Of a DNA stretch of 64,000 nt, positions 1-9,600 are shown in pieces (position 1 is the first letter of the stretch; each line of letters begins with the position of its first letter). The DNA comes from an uncultured Chloroflexia bacterium (GTDB taxonomy: Bacteria; Chloroflexota; Anaerolineae; CG2-30-64-16): NCBI GenBank assembly GCA_963810095.1, contig CAWEMM010000014.1, forward strand, positions 192,001 through 256,000, given 5' to 3'. The notes below the pieces were generated by a model, which saw nothing but the letters and a program-made list of their open reading frames with translations, ran no database searches and was not told the origin of the DNA. The translations under genes and the position numbers were made by a program.

Positions 1-111
1 CGCTTCGTCTGGCTGCAGCTTCCGCCCGGAACGTACGTAGACCTCGATGGTCCTGCGTGCCAGTTGGACGAGGGGATGTTCGTCTGCCATGGCACCCTCC
101 CATGGTCGCTT

Positions 112-146
112 GAGAAACCTGGTTTCTCGAAGAAACCAGGTTTCTT
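112..146. repeat. REP-like double palindrome (AGAAACCNGGTTTCT x2), copy 1
   Basis: gagaaacctggtttctc-g-aagaaaccaggtttctt directly after the acyl-CoA dehydrogenase stop; five related intergenic copies occur in the window. Confidence 0.85.
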
Positions 147-148
147 AC

Positions 149-1288
149 TCATACAAACCGTGATATCACCATCCGCTGCACTTCGCTGGTGCCTTCGCCG
201 ATCGTCATCAGCCGGGCGTCCCGGTAGATGCGCTCGACGGGATACTGGCGGCTATAGCCGAAGCCGCCGTGAATTTGGATCGCATTGCGAGCGATGCGCT
301 CGGCCGCCTCGGTGGCAAAGAGCTTGGCGATCGAGGCTTCCTTCGTGTAGGGCCGGCCCTTATCGCGCAGCCAGGCGGCCCGGTAGACCAGCCAGCGCGC
401 CGCCTCAATATCCGTTATCATATCGGCCAGCATGAAGCCGACCGCCTGGTGCTCCTTGATCGGCACCCCGAAAGTCTTGCGGCTCGACGCATAATCACAG
501 GCCGCTTCGTACGCACCCTGCGCCAATCCCAGGCTCAACGCTGCAATCCCGACCCGGCCGCCGTCGAGGACGGTCAGCGTCTGGGCCAGCCCGCGACCCT
601 CCGGCCCCAGCATGTTTTCGGCGGGCACCCGCACGTCTTCGATCGTCAGCGCATAGGTGTGCGATCCGTGCAGCCCCATTTTGGGCTCTGGCCGGTCGAA
701 GTGGAGTCCAGGCGTGTCGGTGGGCACGAGGATGTGGCTCAGCCGGCCGCTGCGTTCCTCGTCGAAGCCGCCCGTGCGGCACAGAAGGATGGCGGCCCCC
801 GCCTCCGCGCCATTGGTGAGCCACATCTTCGCGCCGTTGATGACCCACTGGTCGCCGTCGCGGACTGCCTTCGTGCGGGTCGCCCGCAGGTCGGACCCCG
901 AGCCCGGCTCGGTGAGCCCCAGGCACCCCAGCATCTCACCCTGCGCCATTGGGGTCAACCAGCGCTGCTTCTGCGCTTCCGTCCCAAAGAGGGCCAACGG
1001 TCCGCACGCGAGGCCGAGGTGGGCAGCGACGATGAGCCCCGTGGAGCCACATCCCCGGCCGATCTCCTCCAGCAAGATCGCGGCGCTGAGGTGGTCTGCC
1101 CCTGCGCCGCCGTATTCTTCCGGCACGTTTAGGCCCAGCAGGCCCAGTTTCGCCAATCCCTTAAGGGCCGGCCAAGGGAACTCTTCGGATTCGTCGACAT
1201 GCCGCGCGCGTGGCACGATCTCCTTGTCCACGAAGCCGCGTACGCTTTGCCGCAACAGACGGTGTTCTTCCGACAGGTCGAAATCCAT
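149..1288 (-). CDS. Acyl-CoA dehydrogenase (short/branched-chain type)
   Basis: Motifs LTEPGSGSD, INGAKMWLTNG, KMGLHGS, IQIHGGFGY, IGEGTSEVQR; 379 aa; AGGAGG RBS upstream. Confidence 0.95.
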   Translation of the reverse strand: MDFDLSEEHRLLRQSVRGFVDKEIVPRARHVDESEEFPWPALKGLAKLGLLGLNVPEEYGGAGADHLSAAILLEEIGRGCGSTGLIVAAHLGLACGPLALFGTEAQKQRWLTPMAQGEMLGCLGLTEPGSGSDLRATRTKAVRDGDQWVINGAKMWLTNGAEAGAAILLCRTGGFDEERSGRLSHILVPTDTPGLHFDRPEPKMGLHGSHTYALTIEDVRVPAENMLGPEGRGLAQTLTVLDGGRVGIAALSLGLAQGAYEAACDYASSRKTFGVPIKEHQAVGFMLADMITDIEAARWLVYRAAWLRDKGRPYTKEASIAKLFATEAAERIARNAIQIHGGFGYSRQYPVERIYRDARLMTIGEGTSEVQRMVISRFV

Positions 1289-1307
1289 CCCCAGCCTCCT
1301 TTGCCCC

Positions 1308-1910
1308 CTAGCCGCTCACTTCACCCACCAGTTCCGGTTCAGCCCAGGCCGCCCAGGCCCAGCGATGGCTGCCAAGCCCATCTGTGGCAAAGGTCAGCCT
1401 CAGGACGTCGCCTGCCTGGAACGGCAGCTCAATCTCGACCGGCTCCCACTGCCTCGGCCAAACCGCCCGGCTCCAGATCTGCCAGCCGTCGACTTTCACC
1501 CGGAACGCAACCAGTTGGTCGGCGCCTTGCGATCCGTCGCGGACGCCCATGGCAAAGCGCAGTCGGAGATTGTGGACGCCGGCGGGCACGGGAACGTGGT
1601 ACCCGACGAGCGATTCGCCGCTGATCGGAGGGTGCTGCCAAAGCGCCGGCCGGCCCTCGCCGTTCACCGCAGCGACTGCCGCCTTTACCTCCATCCCCTT
1701 CACGTCTTTCGCCGCCCGCACGTCGGCTTCGGCAATATACTCGAGCAAGTTGTAGCGCCAGGCCCGCGCTTGTTTCGCCTCGCGCTCGCATGGGTCGGCG
1801 GTGCGCCAGCGCAGAAATGCCACGAAGTCGCGCACCAGGGCCTGGTCCTCGGTCGACAAGGCGGCAATCTCCGTCGAGAGTTCGGTTTGAAGGGTTTGTG
1901 ATGTCGTCAT
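1308..1910 (-). CDS. Hypothetical protein, short helical N-terminus plus Trp-rich beta-sandwich-like C-terminus
   Basis: 200-aa ORF whose start overlaps the methyltransferase stop (ATGA); ends 20 bp before the acyl-CoA dehydrogenase gene. Confidence 0.75.
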   Translation of the reverse strand: MTTSQTLQTELSTEIAALSTEDQALVRDFVAFLRWRTADPCEREAKQARAWRYNLLEYIAEADVRAAKDVKGMEVKAAVAAVNGEGRPALWQHPPISGESLVGYHVPVPAGVHNLRLRFAMGVRDGSQGADQLVAFRVKVDGWQIWSRAVWPRQWEPVEIELPFQAGDVLRLTFATDGLGSHRWAWAAWAEPELVGEVSG

Positions 1911-2758
1911 GCTTGCCTGCTCAGAATCTGCTTCAAGGTGCTCCGGGTGCCCCCGCCCCGGGTGGCTTCGAATAAGCCCGTCGAGTTCCGGATCGTCATC
2001 GGACCGTGGGCGGCGAACTCGTCCTGGACGAAGCGGCGGAATGCCTCCAGCCGCTCGCCCTGAAACACCTGGCCGAACGTCATCATGGACGCAACATAAG
2101 CAACCAGGGGCTCGGCCTCGGTCACCCGCAGGTCATTCTCGTAGCGGTGCAGTTTGACGTCGTCGAAGAAGGACGTGAGCTGTTGGACGCCGTTTTCGAG
2201 GCCGAAGCGGCTGTTAAGGCTGAATGCTTCGTACGGGTTCTTCGGATCAAAGCGCTGCACCAGTTCAGTGATCTCGCGCATGTGGTCCCGGCCGTTCGTG
2301 GCGGCAAAGAGGCGTCCGCCCGGCTCAAGCACCCGCCGGAACTCCCCGAGGGCACGCGGGATATCGGGCACGTGATAAAGCATGTGGTTGGCAATAACGA
2401 TGTCGTAGGCTCCGTCGGCGAAGGGCAGGGTCTCCGCGTTGGCCTGGCGGATGTTGAAATGGGGATGCGTACCCCGCAAATTCGCGCGCGCCTGCTCCAC
2501 CATACCGGCCGAGAAGTCCGTCAGCGTGATGTCGCAGCCGGGCGGCACGCGCTCCAGGTTCTGCTGCCACAGCGTGCCGGGTCCTGCGCCCACCTCGAGG
2601 ATCCGCTGCCCCGGCGCAAGGTGCATCTGGTCGAAGACCCAGCGCGCCCAGCTCACCGGGTTCGTGCCGAAACGAGTGTGGAGTGCGATGCGGGCATTCA
2701 GATTGCTCGCGTCACGGTACTGGGTCTCGACGTCATACGGCGAACGGTCTGATGTCAT
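1907..2758 (-). CDS. Class I SAM-dependent methyltransferase (UbiE/Methyltransf_11-like)
   Basis: ILEVGAGPG motif I, DFSAGM, LPFADGAYDIVIANHMLYHV, LEPGG; AGGAGG RBS upstream. Confidence 0.9.
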   Translation of the reverse strand: MTSDRSPYDVETQYRDASNLNARIALHTRFGTNPVSWARWVFDQMHLAPGQRILEVGAGPGTLWQQNLERVPPGCDITLTDFSAGMVEQARANLRGTHPHFNIRQANAETLPFADGAYDIVIANHMLYHVPDIPRALGEFRRVLEPGGRLFAATNGRDHMREITELVQRFDPKNPYEAFSLNSRFGLENGVQQLTSFFDDVKLHRYENDLRVTEAEPLVAYVASMMTFGQVFQGERLEAFRRFVQDEFAAHGPMTIRNSTGLFEATRGGGTRSTLKQILSRQA

Positions 2759-2894
2759 ACCTGAGATGTTCTCCTCCTGTATGTTGCGTCGCCTCTGGCG
2801 GGAATGGCGGGCGCCCTGCGCGGCGCAGCACCGGCGTTTTTATTCTACCACAAGGGGACAGGGGTTTGGTAAGCCGGCGGGCAAACGGGGGATT

Positions 2895-5800
2895 CTAAGC
2901 AGCCAGAGCCGGCAAGAGTTGACTCAAGGCGTAGTCAGCCTCGGCCAGCGCAGGCGCGAGTGCCATGCTCTTGCCCGCCGACCACGCCAGCTTGTGAGGA
3001 TCGCCGTCAAGCGCGGCGCGTGCGGGCGCCAGGCGTTCGGCCAACGTCTGCTGCTCGCGGGGAGAAAGCGGCGCGCCAATGGCCTCGCGCAAGGTGTCGG
3101 CGGCACCTGCCAGCCGGAGTGCGGGCGCCGCCGTACCCGTCCTGGCCAGCAGCGTCGCGACGTCTTCGAGCAGGTATGCCAGTGCCCAGCGGTCGCCCAA
3201 CGCCGCGTTGAGGGCCAGGCTCTCGCGATAGAGGTCGACCGCAAACGCGGCGTCCCCCTGATCGCGCGCCACATTGCCCAGGTTGTTGAGCGAGTTGGCG
3301 ATGGACCACTTGTCGCCGATTTCGCGGTGCAGCCCGACGGCCTCCTCGAGGTAGCTGCGGGCGGCTGTCAGGTCGCCCAGTTGCAGCACAAGATTGCCCA
3401 GGTTGTTGAGCGAGTTCGCAATGCCCCATTTGTTGCGGAGCTCACGGCGGATGGCCAGGCTCTCCGCATAATAGCCCTGCGCGGCCGTCGCATCGCCCAT
3501 GTTGCGTGCAAGGATGCCGAGGTTGTTCAGCACATTCGCGATGTTCGGCCTATCGTCCAGGCTCCGGCGGATGGCTAAGCTTTGCTCGCAGAGGGCGCGC
3601 GCTTGTTCGCGCTCGCCCTTCTGCCAAGCCAGCGACCCGGCGCAGATGAACGCTTTTGCGACGCCCGGCAGGTCGCCGCAAGCCTCTGAACCCGATCGCG
3701 CTTGTTCGTACCACGGCCCGGCCTCAGCGTAGTTACCCTGCTTTCGCAGCAGTTCGCCGAGCCCGATTCGACACACGGACAGTCGCGCGCCGTCGCCCAG
3801 CCGCTCGGCCTCTGCCAGGCCCTCTTCGTAGCACGCCCGGGCCTCAGGCCAGCGGCCGACCAGTTCCAGCACCTGACCGAGCTTGACCTGGACGTCCAGA
3901 TGTTCACCGTTATCCAAAACGCTTAGGCTGCGCTGGAAGTAGTCGATGGCCGCGGTGTTTGCGTAGCGCGCCTGGGCCGCCTCGCCGGCCCTGCGCAGGT
4001 ATTCCCGGCGTTTCGGCAGGTTGTCGGTGCGATCGTAGTGATGCGCCAGCAGGTCGACGGCCTGCTCCCAGTTATCGCCCGCCGCTCGCTCCAGGTGTTC
4101 GGCGATTTGGTCGTGCAACACCGCCCGGGTGGCAAACGGCAGGCTGTCGTAGGTCACCTCTTGGGTCACGACATGTTTGAACAGGTAGGTCTGCTCGGGT
4201 TCCTCGTCGACGGCGGTCAACTCGACGTCGCTCAGCACGCTCAGCGAACCGAGCACCTGCACTTCTTCGCCGAGCGACGGGTGCACGTCCCACAGCAGGC
4301 CGGCCTGAAAGACCCGACCCACGACGCTCGCAACCCGCAGCACCGCCCGGGGGTTTTCGGCCAGGTGGTCGATGCGGCTTAGCACGAGGCTTTGCAGGGT
4401 CAGCGGCAGGTCGAGCCGGCCGAGGGCCTCGGCGTCGCCCGGGTCGATGCTGCGGTCACGAACATAGTTGAGCAGCTCTTCGATGTAGAACGGGTTGCCC
4501 TGTGCATGCGCGGCGATACGGGCGGCGAATTCCGGCGGCGCGGCCTGGCCCGCGCCGAAGAACTGCTGCAGTTTCAGCTCGATCAAGCGGTTCGCCTCTT
4601 CGGGCGAGAATTCCACCAGCGCGATTTCGGTGAAATGCGGCAGGTCTCGGACCGCCAGATCGTGCTGGTGACCCTCTTCCGGGGGCCGGTATGCCAGCAG
4701 TATTGCAACCGGCAGGTTGACAATCGCTCGCCCGATCACCAGCAGCAAATCCCGCGAGAGCGCATCCATCCAGTGACCGTCTTCGAGCACGAGCAGCAGT
4801 GGTTCCGACGTGGCGCGTGCGGCTACGGCGTCGGCCAGCAGGCTTTCGAGGCCGGCCTTCCGCAGCTTCGGGTCGAGGCCGCGAGTCACGTCGTTTTCGG
4901 CCAGCGGGACGTTGATCGCCGCGGCCAGCAGCGGCACACGGGGCAGCAGCGCCGGGTCAAGCCGCGCAAGTTCGGACGTGAGCTGCTCCGCGACGGCATC
5001 CGGGGCCGAGCAAGCGTCGATGGCGAAGAAGGCCCGCCAGATGTCCTGCCAGACGAGGTAGCTGGTGTTTGCACCATACGACCGGCATTCGCCGCCGAAG
5101 CCAATGAACCCGTGGGCGGTCGCAAGCCGAATCGCTTCGGCGGCAAGACGAGACTTGCCCATACCGGCCTCGGCGGTGACGCCGATCACCTGGCCCCGAC
5201 CCGCCCCTGCCCGCGCGAGCCGCGATTCGATCAGGGCCAACTCGTCCGTCCGCCCCACCATGGGCAGGGCATACGCCGGCTCTTGCAGGCGCAGCGCGGC
5301 CCTGACCTTCCTCCCGCTCATGCGGGACACTGCGATCGGGGCAGACTTGCCCTTGACCCTGATCGGTTCCAGCGTCTCCCAGTTGAAGCAGTCTGTCGTT
5401 GCGGTCACGACCGCGGGCGTGGCAAGCACCTCGCCCGGGCCGGCGTTCTGCATGAGGCGGGCGGACAGATTCACGGCATCGCCAAGCACCCCGTAGGTGC
5501 GCCGGGTGGTGCTGCCGTAAGCGCCGGTCCGCATGCGGCCCTGGGTGATGCCGATCTGCACCGTCTGCATATAGTCCAGGCCGGCCGCCAGACCCTGCAG
5601 ATCGGCCGCGGCCGACACGGCCCGCATGGCATCATCCTCGTGCGCGACCGGCGCACCAAACGCGGCATACAGATAGCTGCCCTTGTCGCCGAGCGTTAGC
5701 TGGATCAGCGTGCCATCGTAGGTGCTGAGGATGCGCTGGACCTCCCTGACATAGGCATCGAGCTTGACTCCGGCCCGCTCGTCGCGATCGTAGTCCAGCC

Positions 5801-6605
5801 CGCCAAACCGCATGAAGAGCGCGACCGCCGGCCGCAGCTCGGCCAGGAACTCGCCGAATCCGGACCGCAGCCGTTCGTAAACTGCGGGCAGCAGCCACTC
5901 GCGGCACTGCTGCTCCGAAAGAGCGTCGTTGCCCAGCGGCGGCCAGGGCGTAGACGGGGGCGGCGAATGGAGGGTGGTCACGACGCCGAACGCCGCGCTT
6001 GTCCCATCGCCGCCGCGCAGCTCGCTCACGGAAATCCGCTCGCCCAACGCGGCCAGCGTTGCCGGATCGACGACGACCTCCCCACGGCCCGCGTGATGTT
6101 CCGCGTCGGCCAGGTTGTCGAGCGTCGCTCCGGACAGCACGTCGATCAGCTCAACCGCGGGATCGCCAACCAGGAAGCGCCGGGCCGGACCGACCGCCAC
6201 GGCCACCTTCACCGCCAGGCTAACCTGCTTCCCCGATGCGGTCGTCACGGTGGCAAACTGCTGCATCGCTCGTTGCATGGCCTGGGCGCAGGCGACGGCG
6301 CGCGCACCGTCGTCGCCGTCGAGCCAGCACGTGATGGCGTCGCCGCTGAAGCCGATGACGCTGCCCCCGCTGTTGTCCAGCTCGGCAATGAGCGCGTCGT
6401 ACACCAGGTTAAGGTGGCGGGCCAGTTCCTCGGCCCCTCGCTGCGGGCCAAGCTCGGCGGCGAGTGCTTCGGTCAGAGGGGTGAAACCAGAGATATCGGC
6501 GAAGAGGGCCGCGCCCTGCACCCGTTCGGGAAGGACTTGTCCTCGCGCCATCGCCTGGCGCCGGTCCATGGGGATGTAGACGCTCGCAGCTTCGATGACG
6601 GTCAT
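2895..6605 (-). CDS. Soluble-adenylate-cyclase-like protein: two class III cyclase domains + STAND/AAA NTPase + TPR repeats
   Basis: FADISGFT and FSGDA (cyclase 1); LGDKG and YGVLGDAVNLSARL (cyclase 2); Walker A AEAGMGKS; Walker B LLVLED; GNPFYIEEL; ~40-aa repeats with AN(S/V)LNNLG; start placed at ATG 6605 after GGAGG. Confidence 0.92.
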   Translation of the reverse strand: MTVIEAASVYIPMDRRQAMARGQVLPERVQGAALFADISGFTPLTEALAAELGPQRGAEELARHLNLVYDALIAELDNSGGSVIGFSGDAITCWLDGDDGARAVACAQAMQRAMQQFATVTTASGKQVSLAVKVAVAVGPARRFLVGDPAVELIDVLSGATLDNLADAEHHAGRGEVVVDPATLAALGERISVSELRGGDGTSAAFGVVTTLHSPPPSTPWPPLGNDALSEQQCREWLLPAVYERLRSGFGEFLAELRPAVALFMRFGGLDYDRDERAGVKLDAYVREVQRILSTYDGTLIQLTLGDKGSYLYAAFGAPVAHEDDAMRAVSAAADLQGLAAGLDYMQTVQIGITQGRMRTGAYGSTTRRTYGVLGDAVNLSARLMQNAGPGEVLATPAVVTATTDCFNWETLEPIRVKGKSAPIAVSRMSGRKVRAALRLQEPAYALPMVGRTDELALIESRLARAGAGRGQVIGVTAEAGMGKSRLAAEAIRLATAHGFIGFGGECRSYGANTSYLVWQDIWRAFFAIDACSAPDAVAEQLTSELARLDPALLPRVPLLAAAINVPLAENDVTRGLDPKLRKAGLESLLADAVAARATSEPLLLVLEDGHWMDALSRDLLLVIGRAIVNLPVAILLAYRPPEEGHQHDLAVRDLPHFTEIALVEFSPEEANRLIELKLQQFFGAGQAAPPEFAARIAAHAQGNPFYIEELLNYVRDRSIDPGDAEALGRLDLPLTLQSLVLSRIDHLAENPRAVLRVASVVGRVFQAGLLWDVHPSLGEEVQVLGSLSVLSDVELTAVDEEPEQTYLFKHVVTQEVTYDSLPFATRAVLHDQIAEHLERAAGDNWEQAVDLLAHHYDRTDNLPKRREYLRRAGEAAQARYANTAAIDYFQRSLSVLDNGEHLDVQVKLGQVLELVGRWPEARACYEEGLAEAERLGDGARLSVCRIGLGELLRKQGNYAEAGPWYEQARSGSEACGDLPGVAKAFICAGSLAWQKGEREQARALCEQSLAIRRSLDDRPNIANVLNNLGILARNMGDATAAQGYYAESLAIRRELRNKWGIANSLNNLGNLVLQLGDLTAARSYLEEAVGLHREIGDKWSIANSLNNLGNVARDQGDAAFAVDLYRESLALNAALGDRWALAYLLEDVATLLARTGTAAPALRLAGAADTLREAIGAPLSPREQQTLAERLAPARAALDGDPHKLAWSAGKSMALAPALAEADYALSQLLPALAA

Positions 6606-6643
6606 TGCGCCTCCGAGGCGGGCCGGTCTCTGCATGTCGCGGG

Positions 6644-6684
6644 GTGGCGCCATTGCCCGGCCCCCGGCCGGGCAATGGCGCCAC
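6644..6684. terminator. Perfect 19-bp stem-loop between the giant secreted protein gene and the cyclase gene (no U-tract; terminator or RNA-processing/stability hairpin)
   Basis: gtggcgccattgcccggcc-ccc-ggccgggcaatggcgccac. Confidence 0.55.
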
Positions 6685-6693
6685 GCGCCCGGG

Positions 6694-9600
6694 TTACTTG
6701 TGGATCACGACGCTTCCGCCACCCAGCGTCGTGACCGGGTCGGCCGAGTCGCTCGCGCCAGCCTGGTTGTCGTAGACAGTGGCGCCGGTCGCCTTGTCCC
6801 AGACCTTGAGCCGCAACTTGTCGACGCCACCGCCGCCGGTCACCTGCCCATCCCAGGCTGTTAGAATGAATCCGTAGCTCCCGGCGCCGTTGACCGTGCC
6901 GGTGCCCTTGTATTGCGCTTTCGCCCCCGACACTACGAGCCACTCGTAAGCGGTGCTCTTGAATTTGAAGTTGGCTGCGTTGAAGATGAACTGCGTGTTG
7001 CCCTGGGGCACGGTCTTGCCCTTCTGGTACTTCGATTCGAAGCCGAAGGTCGCCTTCCCGGTCAAGCTCGGGTCGGCCGCGATAGGCGCCTTGAGGCGAC
7101 GTGATCCAGCCGCTGCCAGTGACGAACCCGCCGTTCGGGTCGTATATTACCACGTACTCGAAGACGCCTGTCCCCGTCTGACCGTGGTTGTCGGTTACGG
7201 TGAGTCCGACGGTGTAGACGCCCGGAGTCGTGTAGGTGTGGCTGCCCGTCGCCGAGCCCGCACCTGTCGCCGTCGGCTCCGTAACAGCGCCCGCCGACGT
7301 CGTCCCGTCGCCCCAGGTCCAGACGGCCGTGTGCGTGTCCGTCTTGCCTTCGTCCGTGAAGGCTGCGCGGAGCGCCGCGGGCCCGCCGATCGCGATGGGG
7401 TCGGCCGGCCCGGTGATCGACGTGATCGCGGGCGGGCTATCGATGGGCGGCACGCCCAGGGTGGCAGACACCGAGCGGTACAGCGGGTCCGCGCCCGATA
7501 TGTCGCCGCCAAAGGTCGCGACGACGAGGTAGGCGATGGTCTGAGGCAGCCGCGCCGCTTCGAGCACGGCCCGGCCGCGAACGTCCGTCTGTGAGGCTGC
7601 GGTGAACAGGAGCGCGCCGGTTGCCTGGTCGCTGACCTGGAAGACGACGGGCAGGCTGCCCAGCCCGTACCCGCTCGTGCCTTTCAGCGTCGCGACGACG
7701 TCGGTCGGCCGTCGCCTGGAGACTGACGGCCCGGTCGAGTGTGATGGTCGTAGGCTGCATGTCGATCGTCAAGTCCGTGACGAGCGTGGCAGGGTGCAAG
7801 CTGCCGGCGTGCCGGCAAAGCTGACGCTCACTCTGTACGGGTTTGTGCTCGGCGTCGCGGTCACGCCGAGCCAGGCGCTCGCCTGCCCATCGCTTCCGGT
7901 GATGGCTGTGGCCGTCTCGGCGCCCAGCGCAAAGGAGAGCGTTTGCCCGCCGGCTCCACTCGAGCCGGCCGTCAGCTTGGCCTTGATTTCAATCCGGTCG
8001 CCGTAGTTTGCCGAAGCGGGCAGGGAAACGATGGCCAGGGTCGGCTTGGTCTGGACCACGCCTGGCGGCGGGGGCGGAGGCGGCAGGCTCGGATCGACAT
8101 TTGGCACGTAGTACGCGCCGTCGTTCGTCGCCATCGTGACCATGCCGGCCGCGTTGGCGGCCTGGACCATGTAGCGGAGATCGTCAACTGCCGTGCCGGC
8201 CGGGATGGGGAGGATCCCAGTCCACAAGGTGGTATCGTCAGCATTCTGCGGCACGCTCAAGGGGACCGACTGCCACTTCCCCGCCAGGCTGCCCGAGCCT
8301 GTGTAGGTCACCCACACTTCCTGCACGCCCGCGTAGACGCTTGCCGTCACGTTGACCTTGAACGTCACCGTGTTACCCGATGCCGTTGCGATCACGTGGC
8401 CGATCGCGGGCGGCGCGGCCTGTGCGGCTGCAGCCGTGTTCGTGCTGTAGTACAGCCGCAAGCCGACGTTCGTATACTCCCGCAGCGTGCCGTCTGGCGC
8501 GGCCGCGCCGTTCGACTGGTACTGACTGCCCGTCAGCATCAGGTGCGTCGTGCCGCCCTCCGCGCCGTCGAGCAACTGGAAGTAGTTCACGTTCCAGGGG
8601 CGGATCGGGTAGAAGTAAGACGAGAAGAACGCCGGGCTGGCGGCCGCGTAGTCAGTCGAAGGGGCGCGAGTCAGCGGCCGCACGTCTTTGTGGTCGGTGA
8701 ACTCGGCGCTGCGGAAGCCCACCCCGCGCAGGACGCCGGGCAGCGTCGTGACGACGGTTGTATTGTTAGTATTTGTATACTCAGCCTGCCCAGCATCGTA
8801 GATCTTGAGCGGCAGGACGGGCTCGCCGGGTCGGCCGGTGGTGCCGTTCGGCCCCTGAAGGTAGGAGTAGTCGTGTAGGTTGCCGTCGGCCCGGTCGCGC
8901 AACGACTTGACCCCTGACCCTGACCCGGGCAGCAGCGTCGTGTCGACGGTAGTCAGGTCGTCGCTCGCGGTAACCGGCGTGCCGGGAACAGGCGGCGGCG
9001 CGGGCGGCGCGACCGGGTCGCCTGGCAGGCTGACGCTGAACATCGGCAGGCCGTACAGGGTGGCGATGAGAACGGTTTTCTTGTCCACCCCCCCGATGCT
9101 CACGCCGGTGTAGGCGAGATAGTCCTGCTTGGCCTGCACCAGCGCCTTGCCGACCGGCACCGCGACGCCGTTGTTCCGCAGCCGCCCGGTAAAGTCCAGA
9201 TACAGCCGTTCACCGAACTCCATGAAATCCCGGTCGCCGTACTGGTAGCCGGTGCCGGCGATCCAGGTCGCGCCCTTCTGGGCCCAGGCTTGCGGCCAGT
9301 CGGGCTCGCGGGTGATCGTCGCCCGGTCGCGTCCTTGAAGTTGTCGTCGTTGACAGTATTGTAGCCCGAGTGGCAGCCGATGCTGTAGACCAGGGCATTC
9401 CTCAGGTCGACGGTGGAGGCGGCGACGGTCGGATGCGAGCAGGCGCGTCGTGTCGTCGGCTGCCAGCGCGCTGGCGTGCGAGAAGTGGCCGGCGAGGTAG
9501 ATCAGGTCGTGGCGTTCGGCTAAGCAGCTTCGACTGAAGCGCGGTGGCAGTCCACGGAATCCTTAGCGAACTGGCTGACTGGCGCGATCAGCTCGGAATC

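Noticed and set aside
1-435. Open plus-strand frame from the window start (ORF 64..435)
   Set aside because: It runs through the REP palindrome and antisense into the acyl-CoA dehydrogenase with no recognisable motif. The first ~110 nt may be a gene end but cannot be supported.
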